Origin: Eledone cirrhosa
Taxonomy: Eukaryota
Direction: 5' to 3'
NCBI GenBank assembly: GCA_964016885.1
Contig: OZ024740.1
Location: forward strand, 197,098,001 to 197,162,000
DNA length: 64,000 nt
Part shown: positions 49,883 through 64,000 of the stretch, one piece after another
Layout of the letters: each line of letters starts with the position of its first letter
Position numbering within the stretch: the first letter of the stretch is position 1
Translations under genes and position numbers: made by a program
The notes under the pieces: generated by a model
Databases searched by the model: none
The model's input: only the letters and a program-made list of their open reading frames with translations
What the model was told of the DNA's origin: nothing

Positions 49883-51268
49883 CATATACATATACATATA
49901 CATATATATACATATATGGTGGCTGCCAACTCGTTTTCGAGTACGGCCACTACTTTATATCCATGTAGGAGAACCCCTACCGATGCGCTGAACGAGTGTG
50001 ACTTTTTAGTCCAGCCAGCGACTTGAAAACTCTGGTACAAACACTACACTTGTGACAATTACTGACACATATATATACATATGTACATATATACATATAT
50101 ACATATATACATATATACATATATACATATATACATACATATATATATACATATATATATATACATATATATATATATACATATATATATACATATATAC
50201 ATACATATATATATACATATATACATACATATATATATATACATATATACATACATACATATATATATACATATGGTGGCTGCCAACTCGTTTTCGAGTA
50301 CGGCCACTACTTTACATCCATGTAGGATAACCCCTACCGAAGCGCTGAACGAGTGTGACTTTTTAGTCCAGCCAGCGACTTGAAACCTCTGGTACGAACG
50401 AGTGTGACTTTTTAGTCCAGCCAGCGACTTGAAACCTCTGGTACAAACACTACACCTGTGACAACCATTGACACATAGTGCTAGGCCCATGGTAGGACAA
50501 TTATTGACACATAGTGCTGGGCCCATGTGAGGACAAGTGCAGAGAGATCTCCAGATATAAAGCAATGCCTGTGCCGTGAAGCTTTTATAGTGAGCAAAGG
50601 CACTGCACAAAGCCAGTCCCACTCTCTTAACCAAGATGCTATTTACCAAAAAGAAGAACAAGTCAACATCATTGGATACCATCAGGGTTGCAGGTGTTAT
50701 ATCAGAGTTTTCCTTCTCCTAGAATTCTGCCTTGACTAAGGCTAAAGGGTCATCTCTCCCGGTGATTTTGGATGGCCATTGACTCTTAAGAGCTCCTTTG
50801 GCCTTTGACAGGTTTTGTTTTTAGTCCTGCAGGATGTCCAAAGTCACCCTCCTATACATATACATACATATATATATATATACATATATACATATATATA
50901 TACATATACATACATATATATATACATATATATATACATATATATATACATATACATACATATATATATACATATACATACATATATATATACATATATA
51001 TATACATATATATATACATATACATACATATATATATATATACATATACATACATATACATACACATATACATACATATACATACACATATACATACATA
51101 TATATACATATACATATATATATACATATACATACATATATATATATATACATATATATACATATACATACATATTATATATATATATACATATATATAC
51201 ATATATATACATATATATACATATATATATATATATACATATATATACATATATATACATATATATAC

Positions 51269-51319
<51 letters not shown>

Positions 51320-51443
51320 CATAATATATATATATATACACATATATATATATATACATATATATATACATATATATATATACATATATATACATATATA
51401 TACATATATATACATATATATACATATATATACATATATATAC

Positions 51444-51484
<41 letters not shown>

Positions 51485-51516
51485 CATATATATACATATA
51501 TATACATATATATACA

Positions 51517-51566
<50 letters not shown>

Positions 51567-51914
51567 CATATATACATATATATACATATATATATATATA
51601 TACATATATATACATATATATATATACATATATATATACATATATATACATATATATACATATATATATACATATATATACATATAATACATATATACAC
51701 ATATATATACATATATATACACATATATATACATATATATACATATATATATACATATATATACATATATACATATATATATACATATATATATACATAT
51801 ATATACATATATATATATATACATATATATACATATATATATATATACATATATATACATATATATACATATATATACATATATACATATATATATATAT
51901 ATACATATATATAC

Positions 51915-51969
<55 letters not shown>

Positions 51970-52124
51970 CATATATATACATATATATATACATATAATA
52001 TATATACATATATATACATATATATATATATATATACATATATATACATATATATACATATATATATACATATATATACATATATATATATATACATATA
52101 TAATATATATATACATATATATAC

Positions 52125-52156
<32 letters not shown>

Positions 52157-52258
52157 ACATATATATACATATATATACATATATATATACATATATATAC
52201 ATATATATACATATATATATACATATATATACATATATATATATATACATATATATAC

Positions 52259-52289
<31 letters not shown>

Positions 52290-52363
52290 ATACAATATAT
52301 ATATACATATATATACATATATATACATATATATACATATATATACATATATATATATTATAC

Positions 52364-52450
<87 letters not shown>

Positions 52451-52471
52451 CATATATATACATATATATAC

Positions 52472-52505
<34 letters not shown>

Positions 52506-52701
52506 ACATATATATATATATATACATATATATACATATATACATATATATACATATATATATATATATACATATATATACATATATATACATATATATA
52601 TATATATACATATATATACATATATATACATATATATATATACATATATATACATATATATACATATATATACATATATACATATATATACATATATATA
52701 C

Positions 52702-52750
<49 letters not shown>

Positions 52751-52966
52751 CATATATATACATATATATACATATATATATAATATATATACATATATAT
52801 ATATATATACATATATATACATATATATACATATATATACATATATATATATATATACATATATATACATATATATACATATATATATATATATACATAT
52901 ATATACATATATATACATATATAACATATATATACATATATATAATATACATATATATACATATAT

Positions 52967-52999
<33 letters not shown>

Positions 53000-53154
53000 T
53001 ATATACATATATATACATATATATATATATACATATATATACATATATATATATATACATATATATACATATATATATATATATACATATATATACATAT
53101 ATATATATATATACATATATATACATATATATATATATATACATATATATACAT

Positions 53155-53205
<51 letters not shown>

Positions 53206-54570
53206 CATATATATACATATACATACATATATATATATATATATATACATATATATACATATACATACATATATATATATATATATACATATACATACAT
53301 ATATATATATATATACATATATATACATATACATATCTACATATACATACATATATATATATATACATATATATACATATACATACATACATATACATAC
53401 ATACATATACATACATACATATACATATAATATATATACATATATATACATATATATATATATACATATATATACATATACATACATACATACATATACA
53501 TATAAATACATACATACATATACATATATATATATACATACATACATACATATACATATATATACATATAAATACATATACATTATATATATATACATAT
53601 ATATACATATACATACATACATACATATATATATATAGATATACATATATATATACATACATACATATATATATATAGATATACATATATATACATACAT
53701 ACATATATATATATAGATATACATATATATACATACATACATATATATATATAGATATACATATATATACATACATACATATATATATATAGATATACAT
53801 ATATATACATACATACATATATATATATAGATATACATATATATACATACATACATATATATATAGATATCCATATATATACATACATACATATATATAT
53901 ATAGATATCCATATATATACATACATACATATATATATATAGATATACATATATATACATACATACATATATATATATAGATATACATATATATACATAC
54001 ATACATATATATATATAGATATACATATATATACATACATACATAATATATATATAGATATACATATATATACATACATACATATATATATATAGATATA
54101 CATATATATACATACATACATATATATATATAGATATATAGATATACATATATATACATACACATATATATATATATATATATAGATATACATATATATA
54201 CATACATACATATATATATATATATAGATATACATATATATACATACATACATATATATATATATATAGATATACATATATATACATACATACATATATA
54301 TATATATATAGATATACATATATATACATACATACATATATATATATATATAGATATACATATATATACATACATACATATATATATATATATAGATATT
54401 ACATATATATACATACATACATATATATATATAGATATACATATATATACATACATACATATATATATATATAGATATACATATATATACATACATACAT
54501 ATATATATATATATAAATATACATATATATACATACATACATATATATATATATATAAATATACATATAT

Positions 54571-54605
<35 letters not shown>

Positions 54606-54616
54606 GATATATATAC

Positions 54617-54647
<31 letters not shown>

Positions 54648-54859
54648 GATATACATATATATACATACATATATATATATATATAGATATACATATATAT
54701 ACATACATATATATATATATATAGATATACATATATATACATACATACATATATATATATATATAGATATACATATATATACATACATACATATATATAT
54801 ATAGATATACATATATATACATACATACATATATATATATATAATAGATATACATATAT

Positions 54860-54890
<31 letters not shown>

Positions 54891-54903
54891 GATATACATA
54901 TAT

Positions 54904-54934
<31 letters not shown>

Positions 54935-54989
54935 GATATACATATATATACATACATACATATATATATATATATAGATATACATATAT

Positions 54990-55020
<31 letters not shown>

Positions 55021-55033
55021 GATATACATATAT

Positions 55034-55064
<31 letters not shown>

Positions 55065-55475
55065 GATATACATATATATACATACATACATATATATATA
55101 TATATAGATATACATATATATACATACATACATATATATAGATATATAGATATACATATATATACATACATACATATATATATATATATAGATATACATA
55201 TATATACATACATATATATATATATATATAGATATACATATATATACATACATATATATATATATATATAGATATACATATATATACATACATACATATA
55301 TATATATATATAGATATACATATATATACATACATACATATATATATATATATAGATATACATATATATACATACATACATATATATATATATATAGATA
55401 TACATATATATACATACATACATATATATATATATATAGATATACATACATACATATATATATATATACATATAT

Positions 55476-55506
<31 letters not shown>

Positions 55507-55525
55507 CATATATATACATACATAC

Positions 55526-55557
<32 letters not shown>

Positions 55558-55567
55558 ACATACATAC

Positions 55568-55599
<32 letters not shown>

Positions 55600-55609
55600 A
55601 CATACATAC

Positions 55610-55641
<32 letters not shown>

Positions 55642-55651
55642 ACATACATAC

Positions 55652-55683
<32 letters not shown>

Positions 55684-55693
55684 ACATACATAC

Positions 55694-55725
<32 letters not shown>

Positions 55726-56123
55726 ATACATATACATATATATACATACATACATATATATATATATAGATATACATATATATACATACATACATATATA
55801 TATATACATATACATATATATACATACATACATATATATATAGATATACATATATATACATACATACATATATATATATATAGATATACATATATATACA
55901 TACATACATATATATATATATAGATATACATATATATACATACATACATATATATATATATAGATATACATATATATACATACATACATATATATATATA
56001 TAGATATACATATATATACATACATACATATATATATATATACATATACATATATATACATACATACATATATATATACATATACATATATATACATACA
56101 TACATATATACATATACATATAT

Positions 56124-56169
<46 letters not shown>

Positions 56170-57720
56170 ACATATACATATATATACATATACATATATA
56201 TACATACATATACATATATATACATACATATACATATATATACATACATATACATATATATACATATATACATATACATATATATACATACATACATATA
56301 CATATATATACATATATACATATACATATATATACATACATACATATATATATACATATACATACATACATATACATACATACATATACATACATACATA
56401 CATATATATATATACATACATATATATATATACATACATATATATATATATATACATACATACATATATATATATACATATACATACATATATATATATA
56501 CATATACATACATACATATATATATATATACATATACATACATACATATATATATATACATATACATACATACATATATATATATACATATACATACATA
56601 CATATATATATATACATATACATACATACATATATATATATACATATACATACATATATATATATACATATACATACATACATATATATATATATATACA
56701 TATACATACATACACATATATACATACATATACATACACATATATACATACACATATATACATACATATACATACACATATATACATACATATACATACA
56801 CATATATACATACATATACATACTCATATATACATACACATATATATACATACATATACATACATATATACATACATATATACATACATATATACATACA
56901 TATATACATACATATATACATACATATATACATACATATATACATACATATATACATACATATATACATACATATATACATACATATATACATACATACA
57001 TATATACATACACATATATACATACACATATATATATACATACACATATACATATACATATATATATATATACACATATATATATATATACATATATACA
57101 TATACACATACATATATACATATACATATATACATATACATATATACATATACATATATACATATACATATATACATATACATATATACATATACATATA
57201 TACATATACATATATACATATACATATATACATATATACATATATACATATACATATATACACATATACACATATATACATATATATACATATATACACA
57301 TACATATATATACATATACATATACATACATACACATATATACATACACATATATACATACACATATATATACATATACATACATACATATACATACATA
57401 TACATACATACATATATATACATATATATACATATATATACATATACATATATATACATATATATACATATATATACATACATATACATACATATACATA
57501 TACATACATATACATACATCTATATACATCTATATACATCTATATACATCTATATACATATATATACATATATACATATACATATATATACATATACATA
57601 CATATACATACATATATATACATATATATACATATATATACATATACATACATATACATACATATACATACATACACATACATATATATATACATACATA
57701 TATATATATACATACATATA
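47582..57720. repeat. ~10 kb TA/CA microsatellite-derived array, interrupted at 49917-50066 and 50274-50852
   Basis: Almost pure purine-pyrimidine alternation, with domains of different periodic units. Confidence 0.98.
49917..50852 (-). mobile_element. Internally deleted RTE-like element with duplicated 3' C2H2 zinc-finger end
   Basis: [22 protein letters not shown] is encoded on - at ~49985-50050, and the segment is repeated at 50274-50465; 50700-50850 resembles an RTE 5'UTR (ggagaaggaaaactctg). Confidence 0.55.
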
Positions 57721-59639
57721 ACCACATGTAACAAAAGAATACCTTTTATAAGGGCTACTTCAAAAGTACAGTATTCTTTCCTTGCTTCAATTAGCACAAC
57801 CATATTCTTGGACTGTTACGACACACACAATAAATAAAATTCCTGTCACTTCTATCTTATATATCTCCTAGCATTCCATATGTAGCATGCAGAATAATCT
57901 GCAATATTACCTATGTAATTGCTAGCATCCAAATATTGCTTTATTTTCTCAAAATACAAAAAGCACATTTTTAAGGAAAGGAAAATATAATACTCTAATA
58001 GCCATAACTTTCGATAGTGTTAGCAGCTTGAATAATGAAGTTAAATGGTTCCAACTGAAAATCAAAACCAAGATGCAGACATGGTTCCTGAAGAGATTAT
58101 TTCCTACACTATATTTGTAACATTCAAACTATGGGGTGATCCAAAAGTCTGAATTCATAAGCAAAACAGCATATAAAAGTTGTGTCACAGTAAACACTCA
58201 AATTAATGGCCTTGGACTCCATGATACTTGTGTAAGTACTGAATACAAAAACACCAGACATTTCTTAAAGTAGTATAACTTGTTTCTGCATACAAAGAAG
58301 AATTACAAATAGAGAAAAAGGTATCTATGGGTCCAAATCTTTTGGGACATCCTGTATATCATCATCATCCATTACCACTGCTAGCAAGGGTTGGACGAGT
58401 TGTCACAAATCAAGTAAATACTCAAGCAAAGCTACTGACCTCTTAAATGGGCTGGAGGCTTGCTCTTGCTTATGTTGCCGCACTGTGTTGGGTGATCAGG
58501 CAGCCCGTGGGGTCACATCTCACAAAACATTCCATTCTCTACCAAGTGCATTTTATTGTGACACCAACACTAGGAAGGTTGTCGTGTCTTTGACACAGAT
58601 GAAGAGAATTCCCGACCGTTTGCTTGGCAACTTTACCACAAGTGGATACCTTTCCTATCACCAACCACTTTACAGAATGTTTTGGGTGCATTTATCATGT
58701 AAATCCCCAACCCTAGGAAGGTTGTCATGTCTAAATATTAAAACTATTCTAATGTTTGCATAAAATGAAAACCATCAGAAGTTATAGAACTAACTTTCTT
58801 CCCCTGATGTTAGAGGGAAAAAAAGCTACACTTCAAAAATTTACTGCAAATATGTTGGAAAAAATATGAACAGAAAATCAACTATTTGAACTTCTATGAG
58901 AGAAAATACTAAGAATCACAATGATTTTAGTTGGTTTTATTTGGGGGGGTTTAAGTTATTGCCCTTCTTGATTAGAGGAGCGTATCTGACTTTTATGTTC
59001 CACTTTTGGTATCCTTTCTTCTGCTGGATACTTGTCCCTACATTAACCACTTTACCAAGTGTACTGGATGAATTTTATCTTACAAGTTCTATACTCTACA
59101 TGAACTGTTCTTTTAAGGTAAACCTGACAAATAGAGTGAATAGAGGAGAAAGTGACGATTAAATATGAAAGAGGAGCATGAATATGACTATGATAAGTGA
59201 TATGATGGTGGGAATGAGAGAGTGATAGCTACATTCTGGTTGTTAGTAGAATAGAAGAGAGTATGAGCAGCATGATAAGATGGCAATAAAGATGTCATGG
59301 TAAGAGACAAGTGATGAATAGCAACATATGGATGGTGGGAAGAAAGAATTTAACTACATAATATATAGGACAAGGCACCAAGTTGCGTATTTTTCGACTT
59401 TAAGATAGGACAAGGCACTAAGTTGCATATTTCTTAACTTCAAAATAGGAACATTTTTTGAGAGAGAGGTTAATTTGGTGAAGAAGGAATAAAGCCAATT
59501 CAGAGGTATAGGGAGAGTGATAGTTATAATGCCACCTGAATGTTCTGGTGCAGGTAAAATCTAGTTTATACTTGTAAATAAACTGATTAAAATAAGCTGT
59601 CATATTTTAGCCACTCCTGTAAATTTTGTTGAAATAATT

Positions 59640-59812
59640 GTTTCTACTTTAGGCACAAGGCCAGCAATTACCCAGTACATTACTGGTACTTTATTTTATC
59701 GACCCCGTAAGGATGAAAGGCAAAGTTAACCTCAGCGGGATTTGAACTCAAACCGTAAAGGGACGTAACTATGCTAGAAAGCATGGCGTCCAACCCTCTA
59801 ACGATACTGCCA
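59640..59812 (-). mobile_element. SINE family B
   Basis: Near-identical to 8177-8350. Confidence 0.82.
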
Positions 59813-61889
59813 TGAAATAATGAAGATAAATATTAATCTAAAAAAAAAAAAAAAAAAAGCAGTTACTATTACCCATATGTATACATTTATTCCCTATTAG
59901 CATAAGAATAAATATGAACCAAGTCTAACTTCAAAGAAAGGTCCTACCTAAAATGTTAAAATTCACTGTCTCCCACAGCATGTGAAGGCAAACACAGTTG
60001 AATAACTTTGTAAATATTATTTTCTTCTCATTACTATATTTAACAATATCTAAGCTTAACATGTGGACTGTGCACAACAAGCCAAGATCTGGACAAGATT
60101 TTATTTTAATCAAATCAAATATCTAATATTTGAGTTTAAACCATAATAAAATAAACATTGTTTTTAAGTTCTTTATTTCAATAAAATAAATATTGGTAAC
60201 ATATTGGAATTGAGTCAATTATATTCAATAAATAATATTAAAACTAGAAGAGAAATTGATTATAACAAAAAAGTTGTCAAGTTCACTTGAATTTTATCAG
60301 GTTTAGTTCTATGAAGAGGGTGTTGTCATTTTTATACTTATAGAATTTTTAGATCTGACATTTTTATAAATGCGTTCTAATCAAATAAGTAAAATACTAA
60401 GTAATCAACAATAATTTACAACTAAACTAAAAATTAAAGAATTTCTATGTCCTATTATGATGGGTAAGTTTATAGAGGTTCTTAAAATACCATTATTTTG
60501 CTTCCTTATATATTTGGAAATGCTAAACTATCACTTTTGTCAGAATTAAAGTTGGTGATTCTGCTGCAGTATTTCAATTGGCTTGTTGCCAACACTATCT
60601 TCCCAAGATCTCTGGCTACCATAAACATAAGTAATGCAATGTTGTTATATTAATTAAATATCTTAAATAATTTTTATTCACTTCTATGCAAAAATAACAG
60701 TAATTTTTGAAATTTACTGAGGAATATTTAAAACTGTTTAAAGATATAGAGTAAATATTAGTTAATGAAGATAATAAGGAGGTTGATCTTTGCATAAAAT
60801 TATTACTGTATATTAGATAACAGATTATAGAGTAAGATTCAAACAATAATACTAAGAGACCTGGAATAAAACAATTATCAAAGTGTTCATAAACAGATAT
60901 ATGATTAGAAAAACATTGATGCGCATATAGAATCAATAAGTCTACAATCATGAATGGGAATGATTAAATACTTTCTACAATATTTTTGAATTAAAATAGA
61001 AAAACAATTAGAAACATTGAAAGGCCAAATAAATTATGCATTGGAATGAAATTATTTGGTAATTAACAAAATCAATATTACATGTCTTACCATACATGTT
61101 TAATCATATGCTGGAAAAGACGCGAGATAAAAACACAATTTCCTTCCTAATAACTAATCTTAAGTTTATTCTTGAATGAAAAATACTGGTCTAAAATGTC
61201 AAATTTAATTCAAACATGTACAAGCTGTAATATTTCTAGCTAATTTTCAACTACAAGTTTATTTTCTAAGATTGTGCTGTATTAATCAAGACTATCAGAA
61301 GAACCCACCTAGTACTAAACTGGTCCTGTTAATATATTTAACCACAGCAGACAGCAGCTGTTCAATGAAACTGACAAATGTAGTGCAATGTTCCATTCCT
61401 CTACAGGTAAATCTGCGACAGTCAAGCATTCAATCCAGTAAGAGATTTATCTGCCATCCGATTAATTACATAAACCAGAGATAAGACACCAGCCCTATGG
61501 AGATTTGTGTGTCACAAAGAGATTAACTGAGTCATTGCTTTCATTAAGTTCCTTTGAGTAAAACAATAAAATAAACAATTTAGCAGCTACAATTATCTAA
61601 ATTGCAAGTAGAAGCAGATTAAGATTTGTGGAGACCCAAACAATAAAGCTTATTAGATGCTTTTTGCCATAAATACAGAGAAAAAAAAAATTGAATTGCC
61701 TATCATTTTATAAGAACCTTTTATGTAAGAAAATAAGAATCTTCTGCTGTAATTGCACACCTAAGATTTTATTAATTAGAAAACAACAAAGCTGCTGTTA
61801 TATAATCTAAGTTTACTTAATATTGTATCAAACAATAATAATAAATAAAAGAGGATACATTTAGGAGTGGCAGTTATTTTTTACCTTAA

Positions 61890-62083
61890 CCCTTTAGCAT
61901 TTACATTACTCTATATTTACTGTTATATTTTCATGGTAAAGGCTTTACCTCAAATCTATGAGATTTTGATATTTATTTTGAGACCATACCTTAACATAAG
62001 TATGGGCAGCTGGTTATAGCCAGTGTTAACAGAAAAAGGTGAGAGAATTCTGGCCGGATATGGTTGGTTTAAATGCTAAAGGG
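61890..62083. mobile_element. piggyBac-like MITE (copy 4)
   Basis: TTAA-CCCTTTAGCATTTA...TAAATGCTAAAGGG-TTAA; perfect 14-bp TIRs. Confidence 0.92.
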
Positions 62084-62325
62084 TTAAAGCTAAATATTTA
62101 GCTTAGTATTTGTGATGAGGTTAGTTTTCACGGCATATGTAATATCTGAATTTTATTATTAAATTCAGCCACTAGAAATAGATGTTTTAATGAGTTGCAA
62201 TTTAAGACTTACCATATTCACTTGTATATAAGTGATGCGGCCATTTTAAATACATTTACAGTGTATTTAAAATTTTGAATTGAAATTTTATAGAACCAGT
62301 AAAAAAGTTGCATGCTGGTTTTTTA

Positions 62326-62496
<171 letters not shown>

Positions 62497-63645
62497 TTAT
62501 AAGTTACAACAGAAAGACAAATTATAATCATTTCTTCATTAGACCATAAATTTACAAATATGTGGAAAGGAAATGGGAATTTATAGTGCCACCATCTTTC
62601 ATTTGATTTGTCAACCAAAAAGCAAACCAGGATCACAAACTCTTGTTAAGAGGTTATCTTTGTACCACTCATTTGGGTTTTGGCACTAACTCTATAGTCA
62701 ACTATTGTTATTGGATTGATATTACAATACACTTTGTGTTATAATATTTAGATTACATCAGACTAGATATTCAAAAGATCAATAATGTGATATTAAATAT
62801 TAGCAAGAAAATCCTCTATAGAAATAGAAGCATTATTCAAGAAATTGTGAGAAACTGAAAAGAAAAAACGCAATCAAGTTTAACTATATTATTCATACAT
62901 AATAATTGATATCTATAAGTTCAGTTACTCTAGAAAATATATATGTAAAGTAATTTTCTTTTAATTAACAGTAGTTATACAAAGACTGTATTAAAAATAT
63001 TAAGCTATTATTTTCAAAAGATCAAATTAATGTAGGATAGGAAACCAAAGTAACTTCATATTTTTCTCATAAAAACAAATAGCATACTAGTGTGAAAATA
63101 AAAGTTGAGAAATAAAGTTATTTATATGAAGGTTTAAAGAGCAAAAGCATTTTAAAAGTCTATTTATATCCTACTGATGTACTTTGCTTCAGAAGAAGTT
63201 TCACTAACGACCATTTGTTGAAATTAAGTTGACTTTATAGTAGTAGAGTCATTTTGACCATATAAAACATATATATAAACATGTATATTCATTTTCAGCC
63301 ACAATAGTATAAAGTACCAAATTCATTGTATATTTATGACCTGGTCATTAATACTGTAGTCTATTGATACAGTAGAATGAAGCATTGATGGCCAAATTGA
63401 CTGTAAATGTACAAAGAGCTTTGATACATCACCATTATCATTTTATGGTCAATTTTTCGTGCTGGTCTGGGCTGGATGGGTTTGCTAAAGTCGTATTTAA
63501 CATCTAGATGACCCACAAGGCAATGTACTCATTCTAAAACTGAGATGCACATGGTAATACAATACATAGTACATTTTTTTTTTATTTACAGGGGTGTCCT
63601 CTCCTAGTGATTACCTTCGAGAACAAAGTGTTCATTTACATTCAT

Positions 63646-64000
63646 AATGACATAGATGCCAACTTACAGAATGCCACGGTACTAAAATATGCAGATGACA
63701 TCAAGCTGTACCTTGAAATCAAAAGAACTGATCCTGAAATTTACAACTCTTTCCTACAGTCAGACCTGGACACAATGCAGCAATGGATCACAGACTGGCA
63801 ACTGAAGCTGGCTGTGGACAAGTGTACCACCATGCATTTTGGAAGGAAAAATCCAGCGTCCACATACTCCCTCCACAACACTGACATCAAAAAGTCCTCT
63901 TGTGAACGTGACCTGGGCATTACTGTCAGCAACGATTTGCGTTGGACAAAGCATGTCTCTAAGATTGTCAAGAAGGCCGAGGGTGTCTTGGCATCACTCA
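63646..64000 (+). mobile_element. CR1-group LINE RT fragment, runs off the window
   Basis: NDIDANLQNATVLKYADDIKLY...; same family as 38085-40146. Confidence 0.92.

Noticed and set aside
49985-50050. C2H2 finger as the missing ZNF704 exon
   Set aside because: Wrong strand, downstream of the stop, duplicated, and in a retroelement-like context.
47853-57539. ORFs up to 1878 aa
   Set aside because: Artifacts of purine-pyrimidine alternation, which cannot encode stop codons.
59363-59431. Short local tandem duplications (also 25686-25738 and 36781-36826)
   Set aside because: Ordinary slippage duplications with no further structure.
60616-60951. 111-aa AT-rich ORF
   Set aside because: No recognisable motif or splice support; composition matches the non-coding background.

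Overview
AT-rich, repeat-dense animal genomic DNA. An octopod cephalopod is my inference, from the tRNA-headed CORE-like SINEs with RTE tails, abundant RTE/CR1 LINEs and huge (TA)n arrays. The only host gene I can support is the 3' part of a + strand ZNF704/ZNF395/SLC2A4RG (Glut4EF)-family transcription factor. It has three coding exons with clean GT-AG splice phases (35894-36314, 40819-40980, 42892-43122) carrying DGEEEFYYTE, a 26-Gly tract, DHDY and a terminal C-clamp. I did not find its upstream zinc-finger exon. The rest is decayed LINEs (RTE, Tx1/L1, CR1, a CRE-like fragment), SINEs, piggyBac-type MITEs, minisatellites, a 200-N scaffold gap and a ~10 kb TA/CA array. The most striking signal is three sequence-unrelated, non-coding fold-back elements in (TA)n microsatellites (20.5, 34.2, 37.9 kb). 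Each is a near-perfect inverted repeat whose centre abuts a type I hammerhead ribozyme motif, followed by a unique tail. Two of the motifs have very long (~90-115 nt) stem II hairpins. Several stand-alone minimal or decayed hammerhead motifs also occur. These look like non-autonomous Penelope-like/retrozyme elements whose ribozyme is covered by its own antisense copy. All pairings were read by eye; nothing was computed or searched.
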